A stretch of 64,000 nucleotides of DNA from Chamaesiphon sp. (lineage in GTDB: Bacteria; Cyanobacteriota; Cyanobacteriia; Cyanobacteriales; Chamaesiphonaceae): assembly GCA_965246715.1 (NCBI GenBank), contig CBDFFH010000049.1, positions 64,001 to 128,000 of the forward strand. The letters run 5' to 3'. The position numbers were made by a program, and so were the translations under genes. Position 1 is the first letter of the stretch. Every line of letters begins with the position of its first letter. Positions 1 to 11,791 of this stretch are shown here, one piece after another. The notes below the pieces were generated by a model. That model made no database searches. It saw only the letters and a list, made by a program, of their open reading frames with translations, and was not told the origin of the DNA.

Positions 1-986
1 TTATGATTTTCTAAAATTTCTTTCATGCTGTGACCGATGCCCCAATTCGTGCGGTACATATGTCCGGCAACGATAAATAGCACCGCAATTGCTAAGTGAT
101 GATGAGCCTGATCCGATAACCACAGACCGCCAGTAGTAGGATTCAGACCACCTTTGAAAGTGAGGAAGTCTGCATATTCTGCCCAATTCAAAGTAAAGAA
201 TGGAGTCAGACCCTTAGCAAAACTGGGGTACAGTTCTGCCATCTTGGAAGGATCCAAGATAAATTCATGGGGTAAGGGAATATCTTTAGCAGCTACACCA
301 GAGTCCAGCAGCTTATTAATTGGTAAAGATACATGGATTTGGTGACCTGCCCAACCAAGGGATCCCAAACCTAACAAACCAGCTAAGTGATGGTTCATCA
401 TCGACTCCACATTCTGGAACCATTCCAGTTTGGGAGCGCGTTTATGATAGTGGAACCAACCAGCAAAGAGCATTAACCCAGCCATGACGAGCGCGCCAAT
501 AGCCGTGCAATATAACTGGAAGGAGTTGGTAAAACCTGCGCCTCTCCACATTTGGAAGAGACCAGAGGTGATTTGAATCCCACGGAAACCGCCACCAACA
601 TCGGCATTGAGGATGTCTTGACCGACAACCGACCAGACGACTTGGGCACTGGGTTTGATCCCAGTGGGGTTAGTCAACCACGCTTCATAGTTGGAGAAAC
701 GGGCACCATGGAAGTACATCCCGCTCAACCAAATAAAAATGATGGCGAGGTGACCGAAGTGAGCACTAAAGATCTTACGCGAAACGTCTTCTAGGTCACT
801 AGTGTGACTGTCGAAATCATGGGCGTTGGCATGAAGGTTCCAAATCCACGTAGTGGTTTTTGGTCCCTTAGCAAGGGTGCGATCGAAATGACCCGGTTTA
901 CCCCATTTCTCGAAAGAAGTAGGAACTGGATCCGTGTCTACGACTACCTTTACTTTTGCCTCCCGCTCTGGGGGACTAATTGTCAT
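1..986 (-). CDS. psaA: Photosystem I P700 apoprotein A1 (5' part; runs off window start)
   Basis: Not in ORF track. Reverse complement from ATG at 986 reads [67 protein letters not shown]-like RBS upstream. Confidence 0.98.
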   Translation of the reverse strand, partial: MTISPPEREAKVKVVVDTDPVPTSFEKWGKPGHFDRTLAKGPKTTTWIWNLHANAHDFDSHTSDLEDVSRKIFSAHFGHLAIIFIWLSGMYFHGARFSNYEAWLTNPTGIKPSAQVVWSVVGQDILNADVGGGFRGIQITSGLFQMWRGAGFTNSFQLYCTAIGALVMAGLMLFAGWFHYHKRAPKLEWFQNVESMMNHHLAGLLGLGSLGWAGHQIHVSLPINKLLDSGVAAKDIPLPHEFILDPSKMAELYPSFAKGLTPFFTLNWAEYADFLTFKGGLNPTTGGLWLSDQAHHHLAIAVLFIVAGHMYRTNWGIGHSMKEILENH

Positions 987-1573
987 GAGGACTCTCCTCT
1001 CTAGACCAGGAACGAAGTTATACCCAACTATGCCCGTTTTTCAAGATTGCTCTTGAAGTGAAACGGAGCTAAAAACTTTGCTCGTCTGCCTACATCCCGA
1101 AGGTGCAAGCCCGAGCTGCACTTAGGATAAATAAAACAAGTTCATTTAACAGTACCGCTGTTCATTGGATTATAGGTTGATGACTTACCCATATTCATCA
1201 TTCGTTAACAATAATTCAAAGTCGCAGCCTTAAATGCTTGTGTCGATCTTAAATCGATGGAACCGTGATGAAAGTCAAGCTTAATACATTTTTTTTAAAC
1301 AAACTTAATAATTATCACAAACATTTTCCAGCAAGGTTTCCAGCCGATTTACCGGGCAAAAATCTTTTTTGCTTTGAAGTTTACACTGTCGTTGGGAAAA
1401 ATGCTGTTTACATATGTACATCGATCCTCAACTGCGGAAGGATCGGACGCAACAAACCGGGAACATCCCCCTAACTTCGTAAATATGGCAAAAAGCTAGA
1501 TCGTCAAGTAAAAACTCGCCAATCCTAGTAAAATAAGCAGTGCCAACTAGTAACTCGTGAAATAGAGGTATCG

Positions 1574-3529
1574 GTGCTGAGAGCGAATTTGAAGTGGAAA
1601 TTAGTCAAGCGACTCGTGGGATCGTGCTTAGTGCTGATCCTGGCGATCGGGGCGATCGGTTGTGAATCGCTCTCACAGCGGCTCGATCGACAACCCACGA
1701 CAACAACACCCAGTGAAACCGAACAGGGGATCGCCACTAGCGAGCTAGTGAATACCGATGGGCCACTCTCCGAAGTTAATATCCCCGAAAGCATTACTAA
1801 ATTAGCGCCGAGCGTGGCTAAATTTCAGCCACAAGTACGTATTCTCAGTCCACAACCCGACCAAATACTCGCTGACGATCGAGTCAGTGTCAAATTAAAA
1901 GTCAGCGATCTGCCGCTGTTCAAAAGTGCTGCGTTAGGATTGGGCAATCATTTACATGTGATTCTCGACAAGCAGACATATAAAAGTGTTTACGATCTGA
2001 CTCACCCCCTGATTTTTGAAAACTTAGCGGCTGGAACCCATACCATCCGGGTATTTGCCTCGCGTCCGTGGCATGAAAGCTTTAAAAATGAGGGTGCATA
2101 CGCTCAAACCACCTTTCACGTTCTGACGAAAACTGCGGAAAATAATCCCGATCCCCAACGACCACTTCTTACTTATAGCCGCCCTGCGGGTATATATGGA
2201 GCGGAGCCGATTATGTTGGATTACTATCTAACGAATGCACCCGAGCGAGTAGCAACAGATCGGGACGATCCGCTCCCCGATTGGAAAGTTCGCGTCACCA
2301 TCAATAACCAAAAGTTTATTGTCGATCGCTGGGCACCGATCTATCTCCAAGGGTTCAAGCAGGGCAAAAACTGGGTGAGATTAGAACTGGTTGACGATCG
2401 AGGTAGTTTGATTCCCAACGTCTATAACGATACAGTTAGCGCGTTTAGTTACGATCCTCAGAAAAAAGATAGTCTGGCTAAACTGATCCAAGGTGAGATC
2501 GAGCCAAATCTCGCGCTCTCACTCATCGATCCCAATTATGTTGCTGTAAATCCAAATCCATTACCAGCAATAACGACTCCAGCTAGATCCATAGATCCAG
2601 TCCCCCCAGTCAGTAGCTCGCCGTCTGCTGCAACTCCTAGCGTGGTTCCACCTCTCCCCAGTCCTGCCGCCAACACCTCAACACCAATCGCATCAAAAAT
2701 CACCATCCCTAGTCCACCAGCAACTTCGCCCTCACAACCAACAGCACTTCCTACCCCAGTAGCCCCTATACCACAACAGTCACAACCAACTGCAAGTCCC
2801 AGTCCAATAGCAATTGCACCCCAACAACCCAAAACACTTCCTACTCCAGTTGCGAGCGTCCCAACCCCACAACCAGCCCCAATTACTAGTCCGATAGAGA
2901 TCGATCCACTAGCACCCAAAGCGCTTCCTAGTCCAGTTGCAATCTCGCCAACACCACAACCAACTGCAAGTCCTATTCCGGTTGAGATCGTCCCACAGCT
3001 ACCAAGTGGCGTGCCATCTGCACCTCAAATTTCCACCCCCATTCCAGTCTTAGTCGTTCCACAATTACCAAATAGCTTGCCATCCCCACCAGCCATCGCG
3101 ATCGATCGACCTCAGACCGCGCTAGCACCACCAACCATGCCGATAATCATCAATCCAAATCCCGTAGCGACTCCAGCGCCGATAACTCCCAAACCGCCAG
3201 CCGATATTCCACCACAGCCGATTTTAGTGCCGATTCCAGTGGTGATTCCGCAGCCTACAGCAGGAATAACTCCACCCTCCCCACAAGTCAGTCGGGCTGA
3301 GCGGGCAGAACCATCGTCCCCAACGATCGGTCAACCGCAACAAGTCGAATCAGAACCAAATAAGTGGCAAACCCGATCGATCGAACTAATTAAATTTATA
3401 GGTGTAAAGATCCGGGCGTTTACCAATACTATTCCCGCAAAAGCACAAAGATTCGGTCATAACATCCAGATTTGGACTAGTCAAGCGATCGAGCTGGTGC
3501 GATCGTGGCGGAATAAAGAGGCGGGTTAG
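1574..3529 (+). CDS. Putative lipoprotein: globular N-terminal domain followed by long Pro-rich repetitive region
   Basis: 651-aa ORF; hydrophobic signal ending in lipobox-like AIGC; P/S/T/Q repeats from about aa 325-590. Confidence 0.75.
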   Translation: MLRANLKWKLVKRLVGSCLVLILAIGAIGCESLSQRLDRQPTTTTPSETEQGIATSELVNTDGPLSEVNIPESITKLAPSVAKFQPQVRILSPQPDQILADDRVSVKLKVSDLPLFKSAALGLGNHLHVILDKQTYKSVYDLTHPLIFENLAAGTHTIRVFASRPWHESFKNEGAYAQTTFHVLTKTAENNPDPQRPLLTYSRPAGIYGAEPIMLDYYLTNAPERVATDRDDPLPDWKVRVTINNQKFIVDRWAPIYLQGFKQGKNWVRLELVDDRGSLIPNVYNDTVSAFSYDPQKKDSLAKLIQGEIEPNLALSLIDPNYVAVNPNPLPAITTPARSIDPVPPVSSSPSAATPSVVPPLPSPAANTSTPIASKITIPSPPATSPSQPTALPTPVAPIPQQSQPTASPSPIAIAPQQPKTLPTPVASVPTPQPAPITSPIEIDPLAPKALPSPVAISPTPQPTASPIPVEIVPQLPSGVPSAPQISTPIPVLVVPQLPNSLPSPPAIAIDRPQTALAPPTMPIIINPNPVATPAPITPKPPADIPPQPILVPIPVVIPQPTAGITPPSPQVSRAERAEPSSPTIGQPQQVESEPNKWQTRSIELIKFIGVKIRAFTNTIPAKAQRFGHNIQIWTSQAIELVRSWRNKEAG

Positions 3530-3544
3530 GTTGGTAGTGCCGAT

Positions 3545-3757
3545 TAACCCAAGTTGCTACCTACACTCAAAGTGGTTAAAACCACTCCTCGGAATACGAA
3601 GTCCGCCTTCGCGGACTGAATTTCTTAGTCCGCGAAGGCGGACTTTGCAATATTAGCCGCGACTTTAGTCGCAGGTACTCAGTATGTAGCAACTTGGATT
3701 ATCTATTGAAATACCGTCGATGGAAATCGCTTTGAATATCGGCAGCAACTTGGGTTA
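3545..3757. repeat. MITE-like element with AACCCAAGTTGCTAC-type ends enclosing the AAGTCCGCCTTCGCGGACT REP-like doublet
   Basis: Inverted ends 3545-3560 / 3686-3701, plus a second right end at 3742-3757; core inverted repeat 3599-3617 / 3627-3645. Confidence 0.8.
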
Positions 3758-3775
3758 TTTACTATTCCCGCTCGC

Positions 3776-4555
3776 CTAATCGATCACATGGATCGGGCCG
3801 TGCGTACTAGCACTAAAAAATTGACGGACTAGAGAATTATCTGTAGTGTCGATTTCAGTAGTTTTACCGTCCCATTGCACCTTGCCATGATAGATAAAGA
3901 CAATCCGATCGGTAGTCCGGCGAATCGTACTGTCTTGATGAGTAACCATGACATGCGTTCTACAACCACCATCGGCATGTTGGAGATCTCTGACTAAATC
4001 TTCAATTACTGTAGACGCGATCGGGTCTAATCCAGCGGTTGGTTCGTCATACAACAAAACTTCCGGGTTATCTTCAGGATGTTCGGGATTGGACATGATC
4101 GCCCGGGCAAAACTGACCCGTTTGCGCATTCCACCAGACAATTGTGCGGGATAACGATCGGACACATCCCCCAATCCGACCATTTCTAACTTAGCTTCTA
4201 CCAACTCGCGGATCTTGTGGCGGGGGATATGCGACTGCTGGAACATCCGGAAACCAACATTTTCCTCTACTGTCAGCGAGTCAAACAGGGCAGCTTGCTG
4301 AAACACCATGCCAATATAGATCGCATCGTTGCCATCTTCGATCGAGCCGCGCCGGAGTTTACCTTGGATATAAACTTCGCCCTCATCCGGAATCAGTAAT
4401 CCAGCGATAATCCGGAGAATCGTCGATTTGCCAGTACCGGATGGGCCGATAATCCCCAAACCCTCACAAGGATAAATATCTAGATCCATTTTATCTAGAA
4501 TTACGCTCTTACCAAAGGATTGGGATACTCCACGTAGTTGAATAATAGGTTCCAT
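3776..4555 (-). CDS. ABC transporter ATP-binding protein, MlaF/TGD3-like
   Basis: Walker A GPSGTGKS, LSGGMRKRVSFARA signature, LLYDEPTAGLDP. Confidence 0.88.
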   Translation of the reverse strand: MEPIIQLRGVSQSFGKSVILDKMDLDIYPCEGLGIIGPSGTGKSTILRIIAGLLIPDEGEVYIQGKLRRGSIEDGNDAIYIGMVFQQAALFDSLTVEENVGFRMFQQSHIPRHKIRELVEAKLEMVGLGDVSDRYPAQLSGGMRKRVSFARAIMSNPEHPEDNPEVLLYDEPTAGLDPIASTVIEDLVRDLQHADGGCRTHVMVTHQDSTIRRTTDRIVFIYHGKVQWDGKTTEIDTTDNSLVRQFFSASTHGPIHVID

Positions 4556-4672
4556 CAGGGATTATCAATTATGAATTAGGCATGTTCGCACCGATCGACG
4601 ACAAGTTTGAATGGGTAAGGGTGCTAAAAGATCTGCTAAGTACTGTCGATCGCAGAAATATCCGCTCGATCG

Positions 4673-6094
4673 CTACTCCCCTAAATTGTATTTTTGAGTA
4701 AAAATGCCCCCGATGGCCGCGATCGCTGCTAAAAAGAGTAGCACTGTTGGGACACCGACAGCAGTCTCTGCAAATCCAGTCAGTGCTAGAGGTAAACTCA
4801 GTGCGATATTAATTGCATTATTCTGAAGTCCAAATACTTTGCCACGCATCTCTTCTGGCGTTTCGGATTGAATGGTCGTCTGCATGGGAATGACGATCGC
4901 CGCACTAAATATACCCATTGTTACCAAGCATAATAAACTCAGCCAGAGGGACTGGGAAAAAGACAAACCAACTAGGGTAGCCGCTACCCCCATCGATCCG
5001 TACAGACTCAATTGATTGTGCGAAAATTTCTGACCGATATAACCTAGAATCACGGCACCTAAGCCCATGCCGACACCAGCCGCAGCCAGCAGGAACCCAA
5101 ATTGTGAAGCTTTAATTTCAGGTAAGAGTTCGGCCATCCGTACTGTTAACACCGTCATCGCTGCAAACACAGAGAAAAAGATTACTAGTTGAATCAACGC
5201 GCCTTTAATTTTATTATGCGTGTTGAAATAACCGATCCCATCCCGCAGATCGGCTAGGATATGCGGTTCTTCCCCAGTCGGGATTTGTTTGGTTTCACCC
5301 GTCCGCATCACCAACAGGAGAATACCTGCCAGAATGTAACTACTACCAACCAACACTTCTTTACCGATATTTACCCCAAGACCAAGGCTCGCACCAAAAC
5401 TATCGGCTAGAGCTAAAATTGGTTCGCCCACTGCAAACCCCACGATCAACGAACCCATCATCGTGGTCGTATACAGCGAATTTGCTGAAAGTAAATCTGG
5501 CTTATCAACAATCATCGAAATTGTTGCTGTCTCTGCTGGGGCGAAAAACTGCCCGAGAGTTGACGTAGCAAAAGTAACGATTAGCAGAATCTCAAATCCT
5601 AATGGTAAGTTGGCGACCACTTGCCCCTTGGTCAACCATAACAGTAATGGCAACACCACTAATAACAGACCCCTGAGGAGATTGGTAATTACCAACACTT
5701 CTTTTTTGTGCCAGCGATCGACAAATACGCCTGCCACCGAGCCAAATAAGATCGCCGGAATGGTATTGGCAATCATGATCGCCGATACCCAACCGCTGAT
5801 ACTTTGATTCTCAGACTGGAATTGACTCTCAATAATTGCAATCATCAGCACCAGTAGAACTTTATCTGCTAACTGGGAAAAGATCTGTCCGCTCCAGAGG
5901 GTGAGGAAGTTGCGATTTTTGAGAATGGTAATAAATCCTGGCTGCGGAGCTTCAGTCTCAGCCTGCATTTCTGGTACCACCGCCCCCTCCTCTCCAACGA
6001 AATTTTCCTGCTGTGACGAACTGCTAGACATCTCTGTCTGGCTAGAAACAGTTAATTCGTTTTCTGGTGCTTTGTCAAAATCAGATAGTCGCAT
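4673..6094 (-). CDS. MFS transporter
   Basis: About 12 hydrophobic segments; GVFVDRWHKK motif-A-like; PEEMRGKVFG. Confidence 0.88.
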   Translation of the reverse strand: MRLSDFDKAPENELTVSSQTEMSSSSSQQENFVGEEGAVVPEMQAETEAPQPGFITILKNRNFLTLWSGQIFSQLADKVLLVLMIAIIESQFQSENQSISGWVSAIMIANTIPAILFGSVAGVFVDRWHKKEVLVITNLLRGLLLVVLPLLLWLTKGQVVANLPLGFEILLIVTFATSTLGQFFAPAETATISMIVDKPDLLSANSLYTTTMMGSLIVGFAVGEPILALADSFGASLGLGVNIGKEVLVGSSYILAGILLLVMRTGETKQIPTGEEPHILADLRDGIGYFNTHNKIKGALIQLVIFFSVFAAMTVLTVRMAELLPEIKASQFGFLLAAAGVGMGLGAVILGYIGQKFSHNQLSLYGSMGVAATLVGLSFSQSLWLSLLCLVTMGIFSAAIVIPMQTTIQSETPEEMRGKVFGLQNNAINIALSLPLALTGFAETAVGVPTVLLFLAAIAAIGGIFTQKYNLGE

Positions 6095-6527
6095 TTAATA
6101 ATGTGGTAGGACGGCGATAACCGCTGAATTTTAAAGTGTGATGATTTTAAAAACCGATTTGAGATATACCTTCCATTTTAAGGCTGGGTGAGTAAGCTCA
6201 GGCGGAAAATGCGATCGGTTTGACAAATTGATTTGTGGTGTTGCCAAATCCTGGGATGAAATTGTAATCTTACCCCGATGAGTCGGCGCTCAATCCAGCA
6301 ACGCCTGATTTTTAAAATTGCGGCGCTCTCGCAATGCGCGAAGGAAGGGATTACTAACATTACCTCAACCCATGTTAGTTGTGAAATTACCATCCAGTGA
6401 TGTAGAAATCCGCACATCTATTTCGTTTGACCGATCTCAGTGTAGCGGTTTTATCAAAATAGTGGCTGAGGCGGTCACTTCTTTGCAGCCTAAAATTAGT
6501 TGACATGCCCATGCGTGGATCAGTGTC

Positions 6528-7346
6528 TTACATGTCGATTAATGCTGCCGATCGAATTTGAAGATTGAGATGGTAGTGAATATATTGGCGTAAGATCCGC
6601 TCTACCCGCCGCCACACGCTAGCTAAATTCGTGTCTGAGATGATTTCTAGTGGAAATAGATCGATCTGTTGTTCCAATCGATCGAGGTTAGGATCGGAAA
6701 GGTGTTGCAATAACAGCAGATCCAGCGCGCTCAGACGGTAATTAACCACTACACTAGGATCGCCTTGCTCCAGTGCGCTTAATTCCAGCGTACTACCTGC
6801 TTCGAGACTAAACCCAACTTGCCAATCAGGATGCGTAAAATCAGGCACGAGAGCGCGGCGAGTAAGATAGCAGTCATAGACTTGTGGTGCGATCCCATCT
6901 AACGCCAACAGGTGAAAAATCCCTTGACACAAATGTGCGATCGATCCGGTATTGTCACCGCGCTCCAAATCATTCAATCGACCTAAATGCAGCATCAAAA
7001 GTTGATACAAATCTTCCTGCGGACGCTCGCTCAATGCTTGTGCTAGTACTAGCTCTGCCAGATACTGACTTGCCGCTAGTTTACTCAGATCGCCACTCAA
7101 ACCACTATAAGTAGTAATCGTTTCTGCTTGAGTGATTTTATCGAGCGAGCGCCCCTTGGCAATCAACAAACTATTGACAACAAAAATCGCACTCCGCCCG
7201 CCCAGACTCGAGTTTGACTTCCGAGCACCCGGCGCGATCGCTTTAATTAAACCATGCTCGCGCGTGAGCATCGTTACCAATCGATCGTTTTCACCGATCG
7301 GAATTGCTTTGAGATTGATACCTGTAGCTTTGTACGTGCCACTCAT
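6528..7346 (-). CDS. recO: DNA repair protein RecO
   Basis: N-terminal OB fold [26 protein letters not shown] typical of RecO. Confidence 0.92.
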   Translation of the reverse strand: MSGTYKATGINLKAIPIGENDRLVTMLTREHGLIKAIAPGARKSNSSLGGRSAIFVVNSLLIAKGRSLDKITQAETITTYSGLSGDLSKLAASQYLAELVLAQALSERPQEDLYQLLMLHLGRLNDLERGDNTGSIAHLCQGIFHLLALDGIAPQVYDCYLTRRALVPDFTHPDWQVGFSLEAGSTLELSALEQGDPSVVVNYRLSALDLLLLQHLSDPNLDRLEQQIDLFPLEIISDTNLASVWRRVERILRQYIHYHLNLQIRSAALIDM

Positions 7347-7433
7347 TGACTGGGTTAGATCCGCAAACCTTTATAATATAGACTAACTTTTAGTGGGCAA
7401 CCGATCGAAAGTGCTGTTATTGGGAAAATATTA

Positions 7434-8483
7434 GTGAGCGAACAAAAACAAACTTTTCTCCGCAATATTTGGTACTATGCCCTTCCCGGCGGACAGCTCA
7501 AAGCAGGTCGGATGTTTGCCAAAAAACTCTTGGGCGAGCCGATTGTGTTTGGACGCACCAATGGCGGCGAAGTGTTTGCACTGCGCGATATCTGCCCCCA
7601 TCGCGCCGTCCCGCTGAGCTGCGGACGATTTAGTGGTGAGGAAATCGAATGTGCTTACCACGGGTGGAGATTTGACGAAAAAGGTGGATGCACAGCAATT
7701 CCAGCATTGAGTGCCGACCAAGATTTAGATTTGAGTAAGTTTCAAGTTCGGAGGTATTCAGTCCAGGAGGTACAGGGAAATATTTGGATTTATATGTCCG
7801 ACTCGGAACGCGGCGATGTCAAGCCAGTGGTTGATGTACCAATCGTGCCTGAATTCGAGCAGGAAACTTATCAAGCGGCATATACGATGAAGTTCCCCTG
7901 TTTCATCGATCATGCAGTCGTCGGCTTGATGGATCCTTCGCACGTACCATTCGTCCATCGCGCGTGGTGGTGGCGCAACGACACTATTCTCACCGATGAG
8001 ATCAAAGCTTTCGATCCTTCGCCTTATGGCTTTACGATGCGCCGCCATCGTCTGGAGCGCCAAACATTTTTCTATCGCTTAGTCGGTGGTGATGCCGAGG
8101 TAGAAATCTCCTTTCAGCTACCCGGGGTGAGAATCGAGCAGATTATCACCAATACAAATATTGTCTGCAATATGACAGTAATTACGCCATTGTCGGAGAC
8201 GGAGACAGAAGTAACGACATTGTTTTATACCACGATCGGCTGGTTCAAACCTTTAGTACCCATTATCATGCCCTTTATCAGTACTTTTCTCGGGCAGGAT
8301 CGGGATATGGTGGTCAAACAACAAATTGGGCTGCAATACGCTCCACCGTTGATGTTGATTCGCGATGCCGATACTCAAGCGAAATGGTACTATCAATTGC
8401 GATCGGAATTTATGAAATCGAGCGCCGAGCAACGCAGTTTTAACAATCCAGTCAAGTCGCAAGTATTGAAGTGGCGGAGTTAA
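7434..8483 (+). CDS. Rieske non-heme iron oxygenase alpha subunit (VanA/PobA-like)
   Basis: Rieske motif CPHR...CAYHGW and mononuclear iron motif DPSHVPFVH. Confidence 0.88.
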   Translation: MSEQKQTFLRNIWYYALPGGQLKAGRMFAKKLLGEPIVFGRTNGGEVFALRDICPHRAVPLSCGRFSGEEIECAYHGWRFDEKGGCTAIPALSADQDLDLSKFQVRRYSVQEVQGNIWIYMSDSERGDVKPVVDVPIVPEFEQETYQAAYTMKFPCFIDHAVVGLMDPSHVPFVHRAWWWRNDTILTDEIKAFDPSPYGFTMRRHRLERQTFFYRLVGGDAEVEISFQLPGVRIEQIITNTNIVCNMTVITPLSETETEVTTLFYTTIGWFKPLVPIIMPFISTFLGQDRDMVVKQQIGLQYAPPLMLIRDADTQAKWYYQLRSEFMKSSAEQRSFNNPVKSQVLKWRS

Positions 8484-8559
8484 TTACCTTCGATCTATCT
8501 ACAGAGTAGTTGTAAGAGATTTCACATGTCGATTCTAATTTACTAGCTAGGAGAAATAT

Positions 8560-8772
8560 ATGTCAGATCCTAATTTCTTTGAACAAGCTGCTAACCTTGC
8601 CAAAAGTGTTGGCATCGATACTTCTGAAGTCATCGATAATGTCTCCAGCCACGTCCCTGGGGGAGAAACAGTCGCTCAAGTACTGAAAACTGGATTGAAT
8701 ATGGCAACCAGTCACGGATCTAGTGAAAATGAAGGTGAAGGTGAAAGCGATAATTCCGAGCAAGAAGCATAA
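8560..8772 (+). CDS. Small acidic hypothetical protein
   Basis: 70-aa ORF, AGGAG RBS, followed by hairpin. Confidence 0.65.
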   Translation: MSDPNFFEQAANLAKSVGIDTSEVIDNVSSHVPGGETVAQVLKTGLNMATSHGSSENEGEGESDNSEQEA

Positions 8773-8836
8773 TTATTGCCAATAAATAAGCTGCTAATTG
8801 CGATCGGCGATCGTTAATAAAATTTATTCAAATACC

Positions 8837-8867
8837 GACCCCATCATCCATCGGTCATGATGGGGTC
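8837..8867 (+). terminator. Stem-loop downstream of small ORF
   Basis: 11-bp stem GACCCCATCAT / ATGATGGGGTC. Confidence 0.5.
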
Positions 8868-9076
8868 AGTGTTAATGGATGAAAACCTATTTTCGGTTTC
8901 AGGATTTACAATTAAGTTTTTAATTTAATTCTGTAAATTTGCAATTTCAGATTTATACACAATTAGCTCCTAAAAGAAAAAATCATTGATTTCCATTGTG
9001 CTATGCGCTCTCATCGGTACCACCGACCCACGTTGAGTGAGGGATGATGGTCTTGAGACATGCGCGCCCAAAATCC

Positions 9077-9775
9077 TCAACCACCGATCTCCCGCATTAA
9101 TCTCTGGCGCATCCGTTCTGGCTCGCCGCGATCGACTAATTTACCCCGTTCGAGTAAAAATGCGCCATCGCAATAGTCTAATTCTTCCAAGCGATGAGTG
9201 ACCCAGAGGGCAGTTAATCCGCGACTTTTAACTAGATCTCGCACCTGAGCGACGAGATCTAGCTGGGCATCAGGGTCTAGCAGGGCTGTAGGCTCATCAA
9301 ATAAAATTACCTCTATTTGTCTGGCGATCGCGCCAGCAATGGCGACACGCTGCTTTTGACCGCCACTGAGGGCATAAATCGGCCGACGGACTAACTCGCT
9401 TAAATTGACAGCCGCAAGTGCTTCATTGACACGATGGTGGACTTGGGACATGCTAAGCTGCTCGGCAACCAAACCAAAAGCTACGTCAGCACCCACAGTC
9501 GGCATTACTAATTGGCGATCGGGATTTTGGAATACTATCCCCAATCCTCCCTGAATCCGAATACTTCCGACTTGAGGTGTTAGCAACCCTGCTAGCAACT
9601 GTAACAAGGTCGATTTTCCGCTGCCATTCGTACCCAGCAACATCCAAAATTCACCTCGCGGTACCGCCAGCGAACACCGATCCAAGACAAGTTTGCCCGG
9701 TTTCCAGGCAAATGAGAGATCTTCTACCTCGATCGCGGCTTGCCCTAAGGGTAAAGATTCGGTCATATCGGTCAA
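9077..9775 (-). CDS. ECF-type/CbiO-like ABC ATP-binding protein
   Basis: GTNGSGKS, VFQNPDRQL Q-loop, LSGGQKQR, DEPTALLD. Confidence 0.88.
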   Translation of the reverse strand: MTDMTESLPLGQAAIEVEDLSFAWKPGKLVLDRCSLAVPRGEFWMLLGTNGSGKSTLLQLLAGLLTPQVGSIRIQGGLGIVFQNPDRQLVMPTVGADVAFGLVAEQLSMSQVHHRVNEALAAVNLSELVRRPIYALSGGQKQRVAIAGAIARQIEVILFDEPTALLDPDAQLDLVAQVRDLVKSRGLTALWVTHRLEELDYCDGAFLLERGKLVDRGEPERMRQRLMREIGG

Positions 9776-10069
9776 AATTACAAAATATCGATCCCGTTCT
9801 CGCTCATTCTATCTCGGTCGCCGCTCCCGTCCAACCCCTGCATGGCGATCGAGTCTAGCGGAAATTTTAGCTAATCCTCTCATCCCAGCGATCGACGGAT
9901 ATTGGCTAGCGGAATTGGGTGGATTCTATGTCAGGAATTATAATGATATCGACATGAAATAACGGTTAGGTATTCATTTGCGACAGCATAAACCAACCGA
10001 TTCGTATCATCAATGCGGCGCGATCGAAAGCCAGCAATTTGACCACCCTACATGACTAGCCACTAGCCA

Positions 10070-10834
10070 CTAACCCGTAAACTTCACCTTGATTGGCTCG
10101 ACGGTTTTAGCAATCTTATCGAGGGGTTGTTTGCGTTGTTTTCCAGAGAAGACGTTGACTTGATAGACGATCGCATTGGTGAGATCCAGCGCTGTCAACC
10201 AGCCGCTTTTGCGATGATAGGCACCAGTTTCGATGTCGATCCAGCCTGGGCCTTGGGCGATTTCGCCAGGACGCACGCCAGGTAAGGTAAAGGTAATCGT
10301 GTGCCCAGTGACGATCGTTTTGTCGGGGAAATAAGGGAATTGATTGCTCAAAAACTTTTCTCTAATCCAGCAAAACTGGTCGTTATTTTGGCGATCTAGG
10401 GACAGAAAGGGATCGACACCAGCATGGACTAAAAATATATCGCCTAAATCTAGATAAGGTGGTAGACTAGCAAACCAGTCGAGATCGTCTTGCGGAATCC
10501 CATTGTTACCATAACTGGCGAGTGTGGTATCGCCGCCAGAGGGCAACCAGTGCCGTAAGGCGATCTCATCGATATCACCATCATTAAAAGAAGCTAGCAA
10601 CATTACTTCATGATTGCCCATCAAGCACGGATAGCCTCGCTCCCGAATCCATTTGACTACCTCTGCACTCTTTGGCCCACGATCGATGACATCTCCCAAA
10701 AAATACACTCGATCGTCCACGCCGAGTTGACAAAAGTCAATTAATTTACATAAGCCATCAAAATGACCGTGTACATCACCAATTACAATTTGTCGGGGGT
10801 TGCTGCTATTCTTTTTGTGAAATAAATTAAACAT
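10070..10834 (-). CDS. Metallophosphoesterase (PPP-family Ser/Thr phosphatase-like)
   Basis: GDVHG, GDVIDRG, GNHE, HAG, GHT motifs. Confidence 0.9.
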   Translation of the reverse strand: MFNLFHKKNSSNPRQIVIGDVHGHFDGLCKLIDFCQLGVDDRVYFLGDVIDRGPKSAEVVKWIRERGYPCLMGNHEVMLLASFNDGDIDEIALRHWLPSGGDTTLASYGNNGIPQDDLDWFASLPPYLDLGDIFLVHAGVDPFLSLDRQNNDQFCWIREKFLSNQFPYFPDKTIVTGHTITFTLPGVRPGEIAQGPGWIDIETGAYHRKSGWLTALDLTNAIVYQVNVFSGKQRKQPLDKIAKTVEPIKVKFTG

Positions 10835-11162
10835 AGAGTAGTAATTGCTGGACTCGAACGAGCGAGGTAAAACCGATCTTCCGGTAGTTGGTAGCGACTT
10901 GATATATACGCTGAAAGTTGGGGGCTTACTCAGTAAATTCTTCTTTTATTATAATTCCTCGATTCGATCGCAAAATTGAGAATTTAGACCGTGTTTCTTC
11001 ATTTTAATCCTAACGGGAAGGTGCTAGATGTAACGCTTGCAAATCTAATTATTTGTAATTAATGAAATCTAGCGAACATGTCGAGCTGAGACACCTAAAA
11101 TCGTTGCTAGATTCTAGCGATCGTAATATCTATATTCATGAATTTTTATTTGGGGCAAGCAA

Positions 11163-11762
11163 ATGACTGCTAGTGTACTACCGACAATGAATATTCTCTG
11201 CCAACAGACATCATTAGCATGGCTCGAACAGGCGTTAGGCAATTTGGATACGATTTTATTAGATCATTCCCATTGCGAGCGCAAAGCCGCCGGAACAGCA
11301 ATTAACTTGATGTTTCGTTACCCATCGTATCCTAAGCTGGTACGTCAACTAACAGCGATCGCAAGGGAAGAATTAGAACATTTCGATCTCGTCAATCAAA
11401 TCCTCGAACAGCGTGGGGTGCCGCTCGCACCACTAAATGCGCCACCTTATGCCAAAGGATTGATGAGTCAAATTCGCACTCAAGAACCAAATCGCTTGCT
11501 CGATTCCCTGGTGGTGAGCGGTCTAATTGAAGCCCGTTCTCACGAGCGATTGGGATTGCTCGGCACCCATCTCCCAGATCCTCAACTCGCGGCATTTTAT
11601 CGGAGCTTGATGGCATCGGAAGCGCGTCATTTCGGGTTCTATTGGCTATTAGCCGATACTTATTTCGATCGGGAGGTAGTACAGTCGCGATTGGGTGAAC
11701 TCGCGATCGTCGAAAGCGATTTGTTAGCAACGTTGTATCATCAACCACGAATTCATAGTTAA
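11163..11762 (+). CDS. miaE: tRNA-(ms2io6A)-hydroxylase MiaE-like di-iron protein
   Basis: DHSHCERKAA, EELEHF, IEARSHER, SEARH motifs. Confidence 0.88.
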   Translation: MTASVLPTMNILCQQTSLAWLEQALGNLDTILLDHSHCERKAAGTAINLMFRYPSYPKLVRQLTAIAREELEHFDLVNQILEQRGVPLAPLNAPPYAKGLMSQIRTQEPNRLLDSLVVSGLIEARSHERLGLLGTHLPDPQLAAFYRSLMASEARHFGFYWLLADTYFDREVVQSRLGELAIVESDLLATLYHQPRIHS

Positions 11763-11791
11763 ATTATGAATTATGAACTGAGTTGTGAATC

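Noticed and set aside
154..1004. Short plus-strand ORFs and the 1..186 minus ORF
   Set aside because: Shadow frames of psaA
6178..6417. 79-aa ORF between the MFS gene and recO
   Set aside because: No RBS or family motif; cannot be supported, though not excluded
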